Shown here: positions 1 to 11,783 of the stretch, in pieces
Position numbering within the stretch: the stretch's first letter is position 1
Layout: each line of letters opens with the position of its first letter
DNA from: Chlorokybus atmophyticus
Taxonomy: Eukaryota > Plantae > Mesostigma and Chlorokybus algae
Direction of reading: 5' to 3'
Assembly (NCBI GenBank): GCA_009103225.1
Contig: RHPI01003389.1
Location: 601,162-665,161 of the forward strand
DNA: 64,000 nucleotides
Notes under the pieces: model-generated
Told to the model about the DNA's origin: nothing
Databases searched by the model: none
The model's input: only the letters and a program-made list of their open reading frames with translations
Program-made: the position numbers and the translations under genes

Positions 1-38
<38 letters not shown>
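1..38. repeat. (GA)n microsatellite
   Basis: Directly visible GA dinucleotide run. Confidence 0.95.
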
Positions 39-41
<3 letters not shown>

Positions 42-147
42 TGCACAACGATTTTAACACTTGTACTAGTTGTTATTTCACAAGTAACCTCATGTCTCAC
101 CTTTTCAACCTGTGCAACAGCATTAAAGCCTTATCGAACGACATGGT

Positions 148-816
148 CTACGCGGTTGGTAGCTGAAAACCCAAGTGCAAATTGTCAACATGAATGTTCT
201 TGTAAGGGCAGATCTTGGCATGCTTGCCACCTTGCGCGGGAACGTCTTTGCCGGTAGCAGCTCGACACTTGATGCACATTTTTGTGCCCCCCCGTCCACC
301 TTGGCGTGACTCCTTCTTGCGCATCGGTCCCGAGGAGGGGACTCGCGGTGGTTGAGAAGTTGCAGCCGCTTCCATAGACGGAACATAAGGATGAGGCCAA
401 GATGCGCGCACATGCATGTTGTGTGCATGCATGCCGGGTAACGGTCGCCACACCATTGCTGGACTTGGCCCGGGCCTGATAGCTCCCACACCAGAAATTG
501 GGGTACTCGCCGGCATCATGCCGGGTACCGGCTGCCACGCCATTGACGGGGGTGTCACATTTTGGCCATCAACAGCGACATGAATGGTCGTGCTTGGCAT
601 TGGCGGTTGAAGACTTGACCCGGGCATGGTAGCTCCCACATCAGAAGGTAGGTTATTTACCTGCATCATGCCTGGTACCTGCCGAGGCGCCATCCCAGAA
701 GCTGCCATATTATTGGCATCGACAGCAGCATAGGTGGTGGAGCTTGGCATTGGTGGTTGTTGAGTAGACCTTGGCATGGTTGCTTCAATGCGTGATGGGA
801 GGTGATTGGTAGTCAC
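148..816 (-). CDS. Pro/Met-rich low-complexity ORF with C-terminal Cys/His cluster; probably the 3' exon of the adjacent decayed transposase gene
   Basis: Internal repeats MAPRQVPGMM / MAWQPVPGMM / MVWRPLPGMH, then CIKC...HAKIC. Same strand as, and directly downstream of, the transposase remnants. Confidence 0.4.
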   Translation of the reverse strand: MTTNHLPSRIEATMPRSTQQPPMPSSTTYAAVDANNMAASGMAPRQVPGMMQVNNLPSDVGATMPGSSLQPPMPSTTIHVAVDGQNVTPPSMAWQPVPGMMPASTPISGVGAIRPGPSPAMVWRPLPGMHAHNMHVRASWPHPYVPSMEAAATSQPPRVPSSGPMRKKESRQGGRGGTKMCIKCRAATGKDVPAQGGKHAKICPYKNIHVDNLHLGFQLPTA

Positions 817-994
817 GGATGGGTGTAGTGGTCCATCTCTTTGCGTGTCATGTCGATGGTGAGAAGCCCGGCCTGCCTATTGGCGGTGTGGGTGGGATCT
901 CATAGGGCACTCGCCACCCGTGCCGCTCATGAAGCTCATTGATGGAGAGCATGTCCTGTTGTGCATGATATATCTAAAATTGATGCTCTATCTG

Positions 995-3737
995 TCACAC
1001 ATCACATGGTATACAGTGACCCACATGCCTAATGACCAACACATGTATGCCAACACCTACCTTGAAGTCATACACGCCATAGAATGGCTCTCCGGCGTAG
1101 CGCGTTGCAGAGTTGATGTTGTGCCGGGTGATGAAGACCGAAAACAGGACGCTAGCTTTAGCCGCTCCGGTGGTGCTGCCTTGCAGCACGCGCGCAACAA
1201 GCTGGTGAAAGCCTTCCAGTCCGTTGGTGCCGCGCGCACACATCCAGTGCGGCATACACCCTGCTTTCGCAATGTTGGTATACAACTATACCCCCACTGT
1301 GCATTACAGGATCAATTGAGTCTTGCAATCCATATATGGTAAGCATTATTCAGGATACATGCAATGCATAGCCGCCATGGATGGTAGGTGACCTACCACT
1401 CAGTTCGCCACACGCAACTTGACGGAGAGCCTGCTCATGGCAATTGTCCATCTCTGATATCCAAATGGTGTTGCCGGTGTCTATATCAACCCGCTCCCTC
1501 CATTTGTCGGCAAATTGTTGCAGACTGGCATGCACGTCATGCGCTTCGCCAATACGCCGTGGCAGTTTGTCTGCCACTTCATGAATTGCTGATCATTTTT
1601 GTTGACTCCAACCCTGCAAGTACAGTCATTTAGGACATGCACACCAACATACTCACACACGTACTATATTACATAATGTGCATGCCTTTGCCTGCGTTTA
1701 ACAAGGATGATGTTCAGTGTGTGTATGTGCATGCGTGTGCGTAAAGTTACACACACACAAATGCCGTCATAATGCACACACGTGCTTACCATGGATATCA
1801 GGTGCTGCTTCACTTGAAACAACGTCCTTTCGTCCATCGCGTAGATTGCTGCCGATAATTCCTTGGCGAAGCAATCCAATGAAGGATCAATGTCACACAC
1901 AAGTATGCAAGTGTATGCATTTGCGTGTGAATGGATGTACCTTTTAATGTCGATGAGTCTGGGATACAGCGCATGTAACGTTGCATCAAGTGGAATGTAT
2001 TTTGCAAGACCATTGTCTTGTCCACCTAAAACGCGTCCGCTAATGCATTACTCATGCCCAACGCATTATCGCAGTAGATAGCTTGCAACTCCTGTTACAA
2101 ATACATGCGTGTGTTGGCGCGTGGTTGAGTATGTATGCGTTGCAAGCATAATCACCTCGGTAACCTTGCGCCCATTGCCCACAACACGTTCAGCAACTTT
2201 ACGCAATTCGTGGGCAATGGCAGCAAGTGATGTGTTAGGTACGAAATGGTACGCGTGTCTTCTCATTGTACATCGTCAACAATGCCTCTGACACCTATCA
2301 GCAATTAGATTGTCAATGTACACATGAGCATAACGCTGGGTAATGACACGGATGCGTGCATGCATCCGCCCGTGAATCGACACTAGCGGCTGTGCACATG
2401 TTTAAAGTACACATACTTGCATACCTTGCGTCCATCTTTGCTTTGGGATCTTGAAAGAATGATCGATGGCAAGCACACGGCCAACAGATAGGCTCAGGCG
2501 CCTATTCTGCTCTTGCACCCGTTGCTCTCTCCTTCGCGCATGTACAAGTCGAAGAAGTAAGCATGTCCAGGTACATACCCTAGTTCACTGTGTACTACGA
2601 TGTTGCCAACAGCAACATTGTAGTACACAGTTTGCCGCACAATCATCTCACATTAGCTTATACCCGAGTAACTGTTCTTGTCATTGAAGTCTCTAAAATC
2701 TGGTATAATGGTTGATGATGCTTGTGTGACACCCAACATCCCAAGGAGCCGTGTTTTTGGGATGTTCTTTTGCACATAGTCCTCGGTAAATGCTGCCATA
2801 AACACCTTGCGTGTCTTAATGTAGCGCTGGTGATGCAACTCCTGTAACAGGCACAACACAATCAACATGAGCCAACTCATATACACACGGAGGATGTGCA
2901 AGTCACCAACAATCAACATGCACCGCACCACACCATCAGCATGTCAGTGAAGTTTCTTGAAGCTTTGATAGTTGACCACAGTTCGCCGCATCATGCCCTC
3001 AATTGCTGTTTCCACACCGTGTCTTTAAGTGAGCACGTAGGGGAAAGCCTCTTGCACGCTGGTTGGAAGCTGCGCCATAATCTTGGCATCATAGCCAGCA
3101 AATGTATGCCAAGCACCATCTGAACCCACACATCACACATACAATGCTGAGCATGGTAGCATTGTTGAGCTGTAGTCTTGCACTATACTTGTGCAACAGC
3201 ATGCGATTCATACAATACCTTTACAAGTTCTACACTTGTAGTCATAGCTCTACAACCAACAAGTGGCGGACAGCGTTGTCACCGGTCGAACGCTCCCACG
3301 CCAACTATCGGAGTACAAGGGCTTGTTACATTATGGGCATGAGATCTTCTTAACCTTATCCGAAAAGAAGATGTGTGGCGCCCAAAACGTCACCTATGTG
3401 ACCATGAATATGATAGTTAGATTAATGTCTGGTCTCATGCGGGTTGTCACAATACTCTCACCATTGTGCCGCGCGGAATTTGATACGCGCACAACTTGAT
3501 TGTTTTTAACATCAAGCCTGAAGGTACTGGTAGTGTGAAGACGGGCCATATATGAAAGGCAACGGGTGGACAGGCCCACCTCCCATTATCAACCTGGCAT
3601 ATTGCTTGAGGCAATCGAGGTTTAATGCCGCGCTTCTCATCATCTAGAGTGACGCTCTTGCGTGTGCGCCAAAGACACCAGTTCAACACATACTTCTCCT
3701 CTTCTGAAGCGTCTTTGAAAGCACCTGCAACTAACAA
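995..3737 (-). pseudogene. Decayed, intron-containing DUF6729-type Mutator-like DDE transposase
   Basis: Minus-strand translation gives FWAPHIFF..CP*CNK..YKCRTC and FAGYDAKIMAQLPTSVQEAFPYVLT*RHG (DUF6729-like). It then gives SIDHSFK (~2455), ALLTMYNE, IYCDN (~2065), VLQNTFHLMQRY (DxxH position, ~1995) and CARGTNGLEGFH (~1220), the order expected for a MULE-type DDE core. Several in-frame stops and frameshifts. Confidence 0.7.
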
Positions 3738-3745
3738 TGCTTGCT

Positions 3746-3806
3746 GGGTGTGGGTGTGGGTGTGGGTGTGGGTGTGGGTGTGGGTGTGGGTGTGGGTGTG
3801 GGTGTG
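3746..3806. repeat. (GGGTGT)n hexamer microsatellite
   Basis: About 10 direct copies visible. Confidence 0.95.
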
Positions 3807-4522
3807 CGCGTGTGTGTGCGCGCAAGAGCATGCGAGTGCCAGCGAGAGCGAGCGAGCGAGAGCGCGAGACCGCCGTCATTCGTGGACAGTCATATTCTCA
3901 TGGATGGAGTGCCAAGGTCTTGCGTGAAAGCTTGGGCATTGAGACCTACATGGAACAAAGATAACACCGGACAATGTGTGTCAAAAAACGGTGTGTGCCC
4001 CCNNNNNNTTCCCCCCAACTACCGCAAAATTGCATTCGCAGTGTCCGGGCTTCCGCATCAAAAATGCGGCACCATTACAATTGCGGCGGGAAAAGCTTGG
4101 ACACTGTGACATTAAATTTACGCATACATATACAAACTTGCTGCTCTCGACCGCCACCGCCCTTGCTGCCGCCTCCGCCGCCGCCCCTAAGCAAGGTCAG
4201 CAGAGAGCGACATGCACTTGCTGTTCTCCACCGCCGCCGTCCTTGCCACCGCCGCCGTCCACACTGACCACGCCGCTGCCTAGCCGACGCCGCGGCGGCC
4301 GCTCCTGTTTATTAGGCTATTAGGGTTTTTGAATTTTTGACCGTTCAAACGGAACGCCGTTATGAAATTGCAATTCACAGTTTGTTTTCTTTTTAATTGT
4401 AATGAACAATCACAGCGGTCATAGATAGCCCAAGTAGCTCAATCGGCGGTGAGGGATAGCTCCGAGTGGCTCGATCGGCGGTGAGCGATAGCTAGGCTCG
4501 GCTATCCCCGATCGTGCGTCGC

Positions 4523-4861
4523 TGTAAGGAGAGGGGGTGCTACCTCCTCCCTTTAATCCCCTACCCCAACACCACCACCAGCCACGCCGACCACACCGCC
4601 GCCGCCAGGGGCAACTGCCGAAGCAGAAGATCCCCTGGCTATGGCGGCTGCTGCGTTAGCAGTGCCGCCATACAGCTGATAGAGACATGAGACTCATGTC
4701 TCATGTCGATATCAGTGTTACAGTTAAGTAACACTACATTAGGGCCTTAACACGAGGTTAACGGCCCTAATACGGCTTAATTGGCTGTATATACCCGTTG
4801 GGACCCTTATCTAATCCTAAATAAGGGCGGGGAACTTCTATAGAGGTAGCACTCCGTTACA
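4523..4861 (-). repeat. 3' LTR
   Basis: About 11 substitutions versus 11106-11444 by manual alignment (~3%). Confidence 0.97.
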
Positions 4862-4874
4862 TTCCCCCCCACTT
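4862..4874 (-). other. Polypurine tract AAGTGGGGGGGAA
   Basis: Abuts the 3' LTR on the element strand. Confidence 0.9.
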
Positions 4875-4984
4875 AGGTTTCAATGTCCTCATTGAAGGGT
4901 TAGCAAAGCCCCACCATGAGCACCGAGAACCAAAGCAATGAGAGAACCAGGGCCGAAGCGGTAAAGATGTCCGCCAGCACCCTT

Positions 4985-7900
4985 TTACCGTCCGCGTGTG
5001 GACACAGCACTCCAGTACCCCCGAAGAATCTCTTGGCAGTTGGTAAGATTCCTTTCGGGCTCCCACGTGTTGTGCTCAACACCATACCCTTTCCATTTCA
5101 CCAAGTAAGACGGCGCGCGTCCGCGTCGAGGCTTACGGTGACTCAGGATTGCTTCCACCTCATACTCGAAAGTATCGTCGCCATCCACTGCAACGGGGGG
5201 TGGAGGAGGTTGAACCCGACCGTCAGAACGGTATGGTTTCAGTACACTCACGTGAAACACATTGTGAATACGTATCGACTTTGGCAAGTCCAAACGATAC
5301 GCGTGAGTGCCGACCCGATCAGTTATCTTGAAAGGGCCTATCCAGCGAGGGAAAAACTTGCGGGTACCCACTCCCTTGATGGATACGTTTTTGGTACTTA
5401 AAAGCACCGAACAGCCCACATCGTAGTTGGCCTCTCTACGATGCGCATCAGCTTGGGCTTTTTGTCTGTCTTGCGCTGCGCGCAGACAGTCTTTTGCCAA
5501 CGCTAACCTATCCTGCATGGCCGAAGCCATCTCGCGCGCTGCAGGTACGCGAGTCACGTCAGTAGCGGGCAACTTAATGTTCGCAGGACTCAGTGGATGC
5601 ACTCCGTAATTCAAGAAGAACGGAGTCTCCTGCACACTCTCTTGCCATGCATTATTGATCGCAAACTCAGCCATTGGGAGATAAATATCCCAATCACTCT
5701 GATTCGGGCTCACATAATGCCGGATGGTTTCCTCAATCACTTGATTGGCGCGTTCTGTCTGACCATCCGTCTGTGGATGGTAAGCAGTGCTCATGTTCTG
5801 CTGAATGTGTAAGAAGCTGCATAGCGACTTCCAAAACTGAGCCACAAATCGCGGATCGCGATCTGACACGAAGTTGCGGGGCAAGCCATGCAACTTGAAC
5901 ACAGACGCGACAAAAACCATCGCCAACTCACGGGAGCCTATCTCCATGCGACAAGGGACAATGTGGACCATTTTGGTCAAACGATCCACAAAAACTGCAA
6001 CCGCAGTGTGACCTAATGCTGTCTCTGGGAGCTCAGTAACTAAGTCCATACTCACACTTTCCCATTTGCCATCAGGAATAGGCAATGGTCGCAGCAAACC
6101 AGCGGGTTTCTGACGTAACGGCTTATCACGCTGACATTTGTCACACGTGTCCACATACCGTTTTACGTCAACAGGCAACGATGGCCACCAATACAACTGT
6201 TGCGCTGCTTTAACAGTCTTGCGACTGCCAAAGTGCCCAGCGTACGGTGGATCGTGTACATCAGCTATGCATTTCGCACGCAATCCAGCATGGTCAGGTA
6301 TTACCAAGCTGCTGCCCACATAATACAAGTTGTCTCGTTTGCTCGGTTTTTGCACGTTGTCCTCTGACGAGAACCATGGGTCAAAAGCATACCCTTGCAC
6401 AACAGCTTGCACAAACTCATCATCCGGTGGCAATGTACCGCGCGTCGCAAGCAATTGCGCACGCATAGCTGCCAACAATGATGGACAACGACTCAGAGGA
6501 TCAGCAACATTGGTTCTGCCTGGCCGGTATACCCACTCAAAGGTAAACCGAGACAGAAACTCATTCCAGCGGGCTTGCCTTCGTGACAAGTTTTGCTGTG
6601 TTGAGAAATACACCAATGGATTATGATCAGTCACCACTGTGAACTGAACCCCCTCCAAGTAACATCGCCATGTTTCCAGAGCATGTACTATACCAAGCAA
6701 CTCTTGCTCGGTGGTAGTGTAATTCACCTCTGCTGGGATGAACTTCCTACTCTCATAAGCACATGGTCTGCCATCTTGCAACAGTACTGCACCACACCCA
6801 AGGGTGGACGCATCGCTAACCACAGTGAAATGCTTGTCCCAGTTTGGCAATGCCAACACTGGAGCAGCAAGTCAAAGTTAGCTTCACCTGTTGCATAGCA
6901 GCTTCTTGTTCAGCTGTCCATAAGAATTGAGCATCTTTTCGCAACAGTTTTGTCAAAGGCACCACTACTGTGGAGTACCCCATCATAAACTTGCGAAAGT
7001 AGTTTGCCAACCCCAAGAATGATCGCAGCTGATGGATATTCTTAGGTTGAGGCTAATCCTTTACAACTTGCACTTTGCGAGGGTCAGGTTTCACACCCGC
7101 ACCGCTCACAATGTGCCCCAAGATTGGCAACTCCGTCTTGCAGAAGTCACACTTCGCAAGATTGGCAAACAAGCGATGTGTACGCAGCAAGGCGAACACC
7201 GCTTTCAAGTGCTGCTTATGCTCTTCCTTGGTTTTACTAAAGACAATGATGTCATCCAAGTAAACCATAACATACTTGCCAAGTATGCCACCAAAAATCT
7301 TATTCATTTCCTTCTAAAACACTGCGGGCGCATTAGTCAATCCAAAAGGTAACACTTTGTATTGATAATGGCCCGAAGGTGTTCTGAATGCTGTCTTGTA
7401 AACATCAGAAGATGAATCCGGATTTGATGATACCCACTTGTCAAGTCCAACGTACTAAAGTACGCATTTCTCGACAGGTTATCAAACACATCATCAATCC
7501 GGGGCAGCGGGTATCGATTCTTTACCGTGATCTTGTTCAAAGCACGGTAATCCACACACATGCGCAGCTTTCCATTCTTTTTCATCACAAACAAGATGAG
7601 CGCGCCAAAGGGTGAAGAACTCGGTTCAATCAATCCCTTTTCCAATAACTCTTTGATTTGAGTTTCCATTTCCCCCCCCTCTCGGGGGCTCAGCCTATTT
7701 ATAGGCCGAAACGGAGGCTCACTATCAGGAATGAGTGATATTGTGTGTCCGACACCTCGATCAGGAGGTAAGCCTGGCAACTCATCTGAGAACACATCTT
7801 GATACTCCTCAATGATGTCTGCAACACCTTCTATATTTCCTGGCACAAAGTCGTCCGACGACGTCAAGTGTACCAGAAACGCCGGTGTAATTTTGCGCAA

Positions 7901-8746
7901 CGCACGTTTCACTTGCAGTGCAGTGAGTAGCGCAGGGTCGGTCTGCTTGTGGTCCAAGCTATGTGACCCTTTCACAGACAATGTTACACGCTTACGACCT
8001 TTCTGTACTGTGCACAAGCGTGCGCCAGTATCTAATGTCATTTTGACATTTTTTCGCCATTCCTGTCCTAATACCACATCAACACCTGATATGTCGATGG
8101 ATACCACTATGAAAGTAAGAGTGGCATGATAATTACCAATCTTTATTTTCAATTTTATATCCCCTTTCACTGGCAACGCACCCCCTGCACCGGCAGCTGA
8201 AAATGCTGAGGGTTTACACGCTATCTTGTTGCGCACAACCCATTGTTCCTCAACGAAGTTGTGTGTTGCACCAGTGTCAATCAAGAACGAACTGTTTACA
8301 CCTTGCATTGTGCCACTAAATGTCCACAACAGAGGTACCACCCATCCTTGAAATGTAGCCAAGAGTCCGTGACTAATGCGAGGGTTGATCAATATGGCTG
8401 ACAACCGTACTGTCCCTGTTTCACGCTTGCTGAATTGCTTCAACACAGACCCTCCGCGAGTATGTTTTAACCATGGGCCACGATACTTTGGCACCATCAC
8501 CACCATACTCAAGGTTCTGTGCTTATTCTGCAACTCAGTCAATGCATGCAACACATCGGTAAGCATGTTGAACTCCACATGTACAAGCACACAAGCATAC
8601 TCTTCCACTTTTTCAACATCAAAGAGTGGCAACTTGTCATGTGCTTGCCATGCGTGTGTCATTACATGCACTTGAGACAGATCATCAAACCAGTTTGCTG
8701 CTTGCATCTCAAGCAACTGGCTATCAACCGCATCTACATCAGTCAC
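4985..8746 (-). pseudogene. pol: pol polyprotein (protease, RT, RNase H, integrase, chromodomain), disrupted
   Basis: Motifs [11 protein letters not shown] (PR), [11 protein letters not shown] and YLDD (RT), VSDAS (RH), GHFG..CDKC/D..D..E (IN), and YEVEAIL..YLVKWKGY..NTWEP (chromodomain). Frameshifts near 7415 and 6870; TAG stops at 7314-7316 and 7053-7055. Confidence 0.95.
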
Positions 8747-8755
8747 GGCGTAATC

Positions 8756-10210
8756 CTATTCAACCTTCTTGGCCTTGCCCTTCTTGGCGGGGCAGTTCTT
8801 CGCAATGTGGCCCGGCTGGTGACAGACGTAACAGGTGCGAACCGCAGCGGGTGTAGCACCACCAGCAGATGTGCCACCGGTTGGAGGCGTGAATGTCTTC
8901 GCCTTCTTTGCCGTATGCGCACTCGGCTGAGGGTAACGCTTTCCTCCCACCCCGTGCGGCTTGGCCGCAGCTGCCACATGTGCCTTTTCCTGCACCGCCG
9001 TGTCATCACTGTACAAATACACGCTCAGCTTCTGCAGCTGGGCCAAGTCCTCAGGAACTCAAGGAAGTCCCGTTGCCGTGTTGTACTGCAACTGATCGCG
9101 CACACGCGCATCCAAGCCGCGTTTGTACAACTCAAATTGCTCAGCCTTGTTCATGGGCATGAGGCCACTGTTCACGCGGCCCACCAACGCTTGGAACTCC
9201 TGCAGATAGACTGAAGCCGTCCTGCCATTCTGTCGCAGCTTGTTGAGCTTGTTGCGAGCCTGAGTAGCTGGATCCATGCCACCATAGCGCTCCACAAGGA
9301 ACTTGAATAGTGCCTCCACTGTCTTAGCCGCACCATCCTCTGTCTGCCTCGCCCACTCGGCGAGAGCGTCAGATGGCATGAGCAACTCAGCAACAGCAAT
9401 GTGCTCACCAACTGGGCGCTTCAGTGCTGTCAAATAGTGCTCAACAGTGACCACCCAATCATGGATGCTGACACTGCCGTTGAGCTTGAACTTCTCAGGC
9501 TTGTTCAGTGCTGTAACCGGCAGCCCCGCTGATGCACCAGCTGCTGAAGTAGCACCCGCCACCTGTTGGCGCTCGGCCACCAACTCAGACTACATAGCAT
9601 CAAGGCGTGCCGTCAACTGCACCCGGCCAGTCAACTTGTCTTCCAAGTTAGGTCCCAAGTACCAGAACACGTCCTTGCAACGCTGTGAGGTTTCCACTCC
9701 CAAGTTGGCCAAAGCCTCAAACGCCATTCGCTTGCCTTGGTAAGGGAGAGGCTTATCATATACGGTCATGATAGCAGCCACCTTTGGATCACCTTGCACA
9801 AGTGGCGGGATGTTGTTCGTCAGCTCATGCTCGAGCACCATCTCCTTGCTTGCACGAGGGAGTGTGGCAAAGTCTGTCTCATAGCCATCACGAACCGTCT
9901 GCGCCCATGCATCCCACGTTTCCTGACGAAGCTGAGGGTGGGCAGCAAGTAGAGCCTTACGCTCTGACGCATACTTCTCAATGGCCCCGCCAATGACACT
10001 CTGTGTGTCCACTGCAGCTGGTCCACTTTGAGAAGACTGGTTGGGAGAAGCTTCGCTGTCTTGCTGAGCTCCTTCCTTCTCACTGTCAGTAAGCTTATAG
10101 CTTTCACTCGTGTCCGAGTCCTTCACTTCCTCATCACTAGATGGCTCATATGATGTTGACTTCTCAGGCACAGAAGCATAGCCCACACCGTCCTCTCCAT
10201 GGTCAGACAT
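8756..10210 (-). pseudogene. gag: gag with long acidic N-terminal extension and CCHC zinc knuckle
   Basis: ORFs 9590-10264, 9059-9583 and 8756-9046 share one frame, separated by TAG (9590) and TGA (9059). Motifs KPEKF..W..TVEHYL, ARNKLNKLRQ..YLQEF, and CYVCHQPGHIAKNC. Confidence 0.9.
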
Positions 10211-11092
10211 CTGCCCAAGGATACACGCCGTCAATACTGGAAGTTTGCAAGTGCACAAACACACAAGTTGTGCACTTCAAAAGTGACAAAATCCACTGAT
10301 TTTTCCTCGTCAAGTTTCAAGTGCTTAACGTGAAGTATTCAGCCCAAAGAAGAGCTCTCCACACACCTCTCAACTAGATACTTGCTTTGAAACAAACCGC
10401 ACGCGAATCCACGCGGCGGTTCACAAGCTATAGCCACTCAAAGTTTTCACTTTGTACAACTCAGCTCAACTCACAATTGCAATTGACACACAAGGTGCCA
10501 AAATCTCGTTGAATCAGCCCTACAGGCCAATATCGACAAGTTGTGAGTCGTGAGTTTGATATCGGCCGCTCAGAATGACTCTGGCGGCCTCACCGCACTG
10601 ACTGGCGGTCGGAATAGCCGATATTGCCACCGGACTGCCCCACAAAGGTTGATAATGTAAAAACCACTTCAAACCCTTCACACCACCACGAATCCACGTG
10701 GTGGCAATGTCCCAGGCACACACAAGTGTTTATAATAATATAAAGTACTATGTGATGTGCTGGATATGCAATGCCTAGAGGAGAAAGCCTGAATGGCCGC
10801 CTCCCCTAACAGCAAGCTAGGCTAGGCCAGGGCGACTAGGCTAGGCTAGGCCAAGCAAGCAAGTAAGCAAGGCTAAGCTAAGCTAAGCTACACCAGCAGC
10901 AGCGTTATGCACAACAACAACAACAACAACTAACACCACTACCCACCCTAACTTGTGGGTAGCTAAGCTAGCGCCGCCGCCGCCGTTGCCGCCGCTGCTG
11001 CGTCGCCTGCTGCGTCGCCTACTGCCAATAGTTGCCGCCGCTACTGCGCCGCCAGAGCCGCCGGCGCCTCCCACAGACCCCTCGCCGTCCTT

Positions 11093-11104
11093 GCTCCGAT
11101 ACCA
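11093..11104 (-). other. Primer binding site TGGTATCGGAGC (tRNA-iMet type)
   Basis: 1 nt from the 5' LTR; one mismatch to the canonical plant iMet PBS TGGTATCAGAGC. Confidence 0.9.
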
Positions 11105-11105
11105 A

Positions 11106-11444
11106 TGTAAGGAGAGGGGGTGCTACCTCCTCCCTTTAATCCCCTACCCCGACACCACCACCAGCCACGCCAACCACACCGCCGCCGCCAGGGGCAACCG
11201 CCGAAGCAGAAGATCCCCTGGCTATGGCGGCTGCTGCGTTAGCAGTGCCGCCATACAGCTAATATCGACATGAGACCCATGTCTCATGTCGATATCAGTG
11301 TTACAGTTAAGTAACACTACATTAGGGCCTTAACACTAGGTTAACGGCCCTAATACGGCTTAATTGGCTGTATATACCCGTTGGGACCCTTATTTAATCC
11401 TAAATAAGGGCGGGGAACCTGTATAGAGGTAGCACTCCGTTACA
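11106..11444 (-). repeat. 5' LTR
   Basis: Direct repeat of 4523-4861 with TG...CA ends. Confidence 0.97.
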
Positions 11445-11468
11445 GTCGCGTCCCAAGGAGTGCCAAGG

Positions 11469-11783
11469 TCTCCTGAAGGCAAGGTGTATATTGGGCAAAC
11501 CAAAAACCTAATACGAAGGTTTCATGAGCATAGACGTCATCCACCACGCAAGATGCTCAAAGTTTTAGACTCACCCCAACCTTTTGCAAACCAAATCGAG
11601 ATGCGCTCATAAGGGTGGGCCATTATCAAGGACCAGCTAAACACAATGAAAACCAAATTCATTCAGGAGTACGATTCACGTGGACCGAATGGTTACAATG
11701 TAGACCAAGGTAACCCATCTATGTTCAAGGCATTTTGGGCTCGATGGCGTAAAAACCCTCACTTTCGTAAACGTAAGCATTAA
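11469..11783 (+). pseudogene. 5'-truncated GIY-YIG endonuclease (group I intron/phage/giant-virus type)
   Basis: Manual translation: SPEGKVYIGQTKNLIRRFHEH...*...MKTKFIQEYDSRGPNGYN. The GIY half-motif is missing and there is one internal TAA. Not listed in the ORF track. Confidence 0.75.

Larger units (their letters stand above)
4523..11444 (-). mobile_element. Full-length Ty3/gypsy chromovirus LTR retrotransposon, inactivated
   Basis: Two 339-bp TG...CA LTRs (4523-4861, 11106-11444) and a 5-bp TSD GTCGC on both sides (4518-4522, 11445-11449). PBS and PPT are correctly placed. Domain order is gag-PR-RT-RH-IN-chromodomain. Confidence 0.97.

Noticed and set aside
4425-4500. tRNA-like GCCCAAGTAGCTCAATCGG (A-box-like)
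   Set aside because: No anticodon or T arm and no B-box. It is a ~31-bp direct repeat, not a tRNA or a clear SINE.
3906-11471. Exact 15-mer GGAGTGCCAAGGTCT at 3906-3920 and 11457-11471, as a possible large TSD
   Set aside because: About two such matches are expected by chance in 64 kb (n^2/2/4^15). Joining the flanks does not restore the GIY motif, and no element ends are evident.
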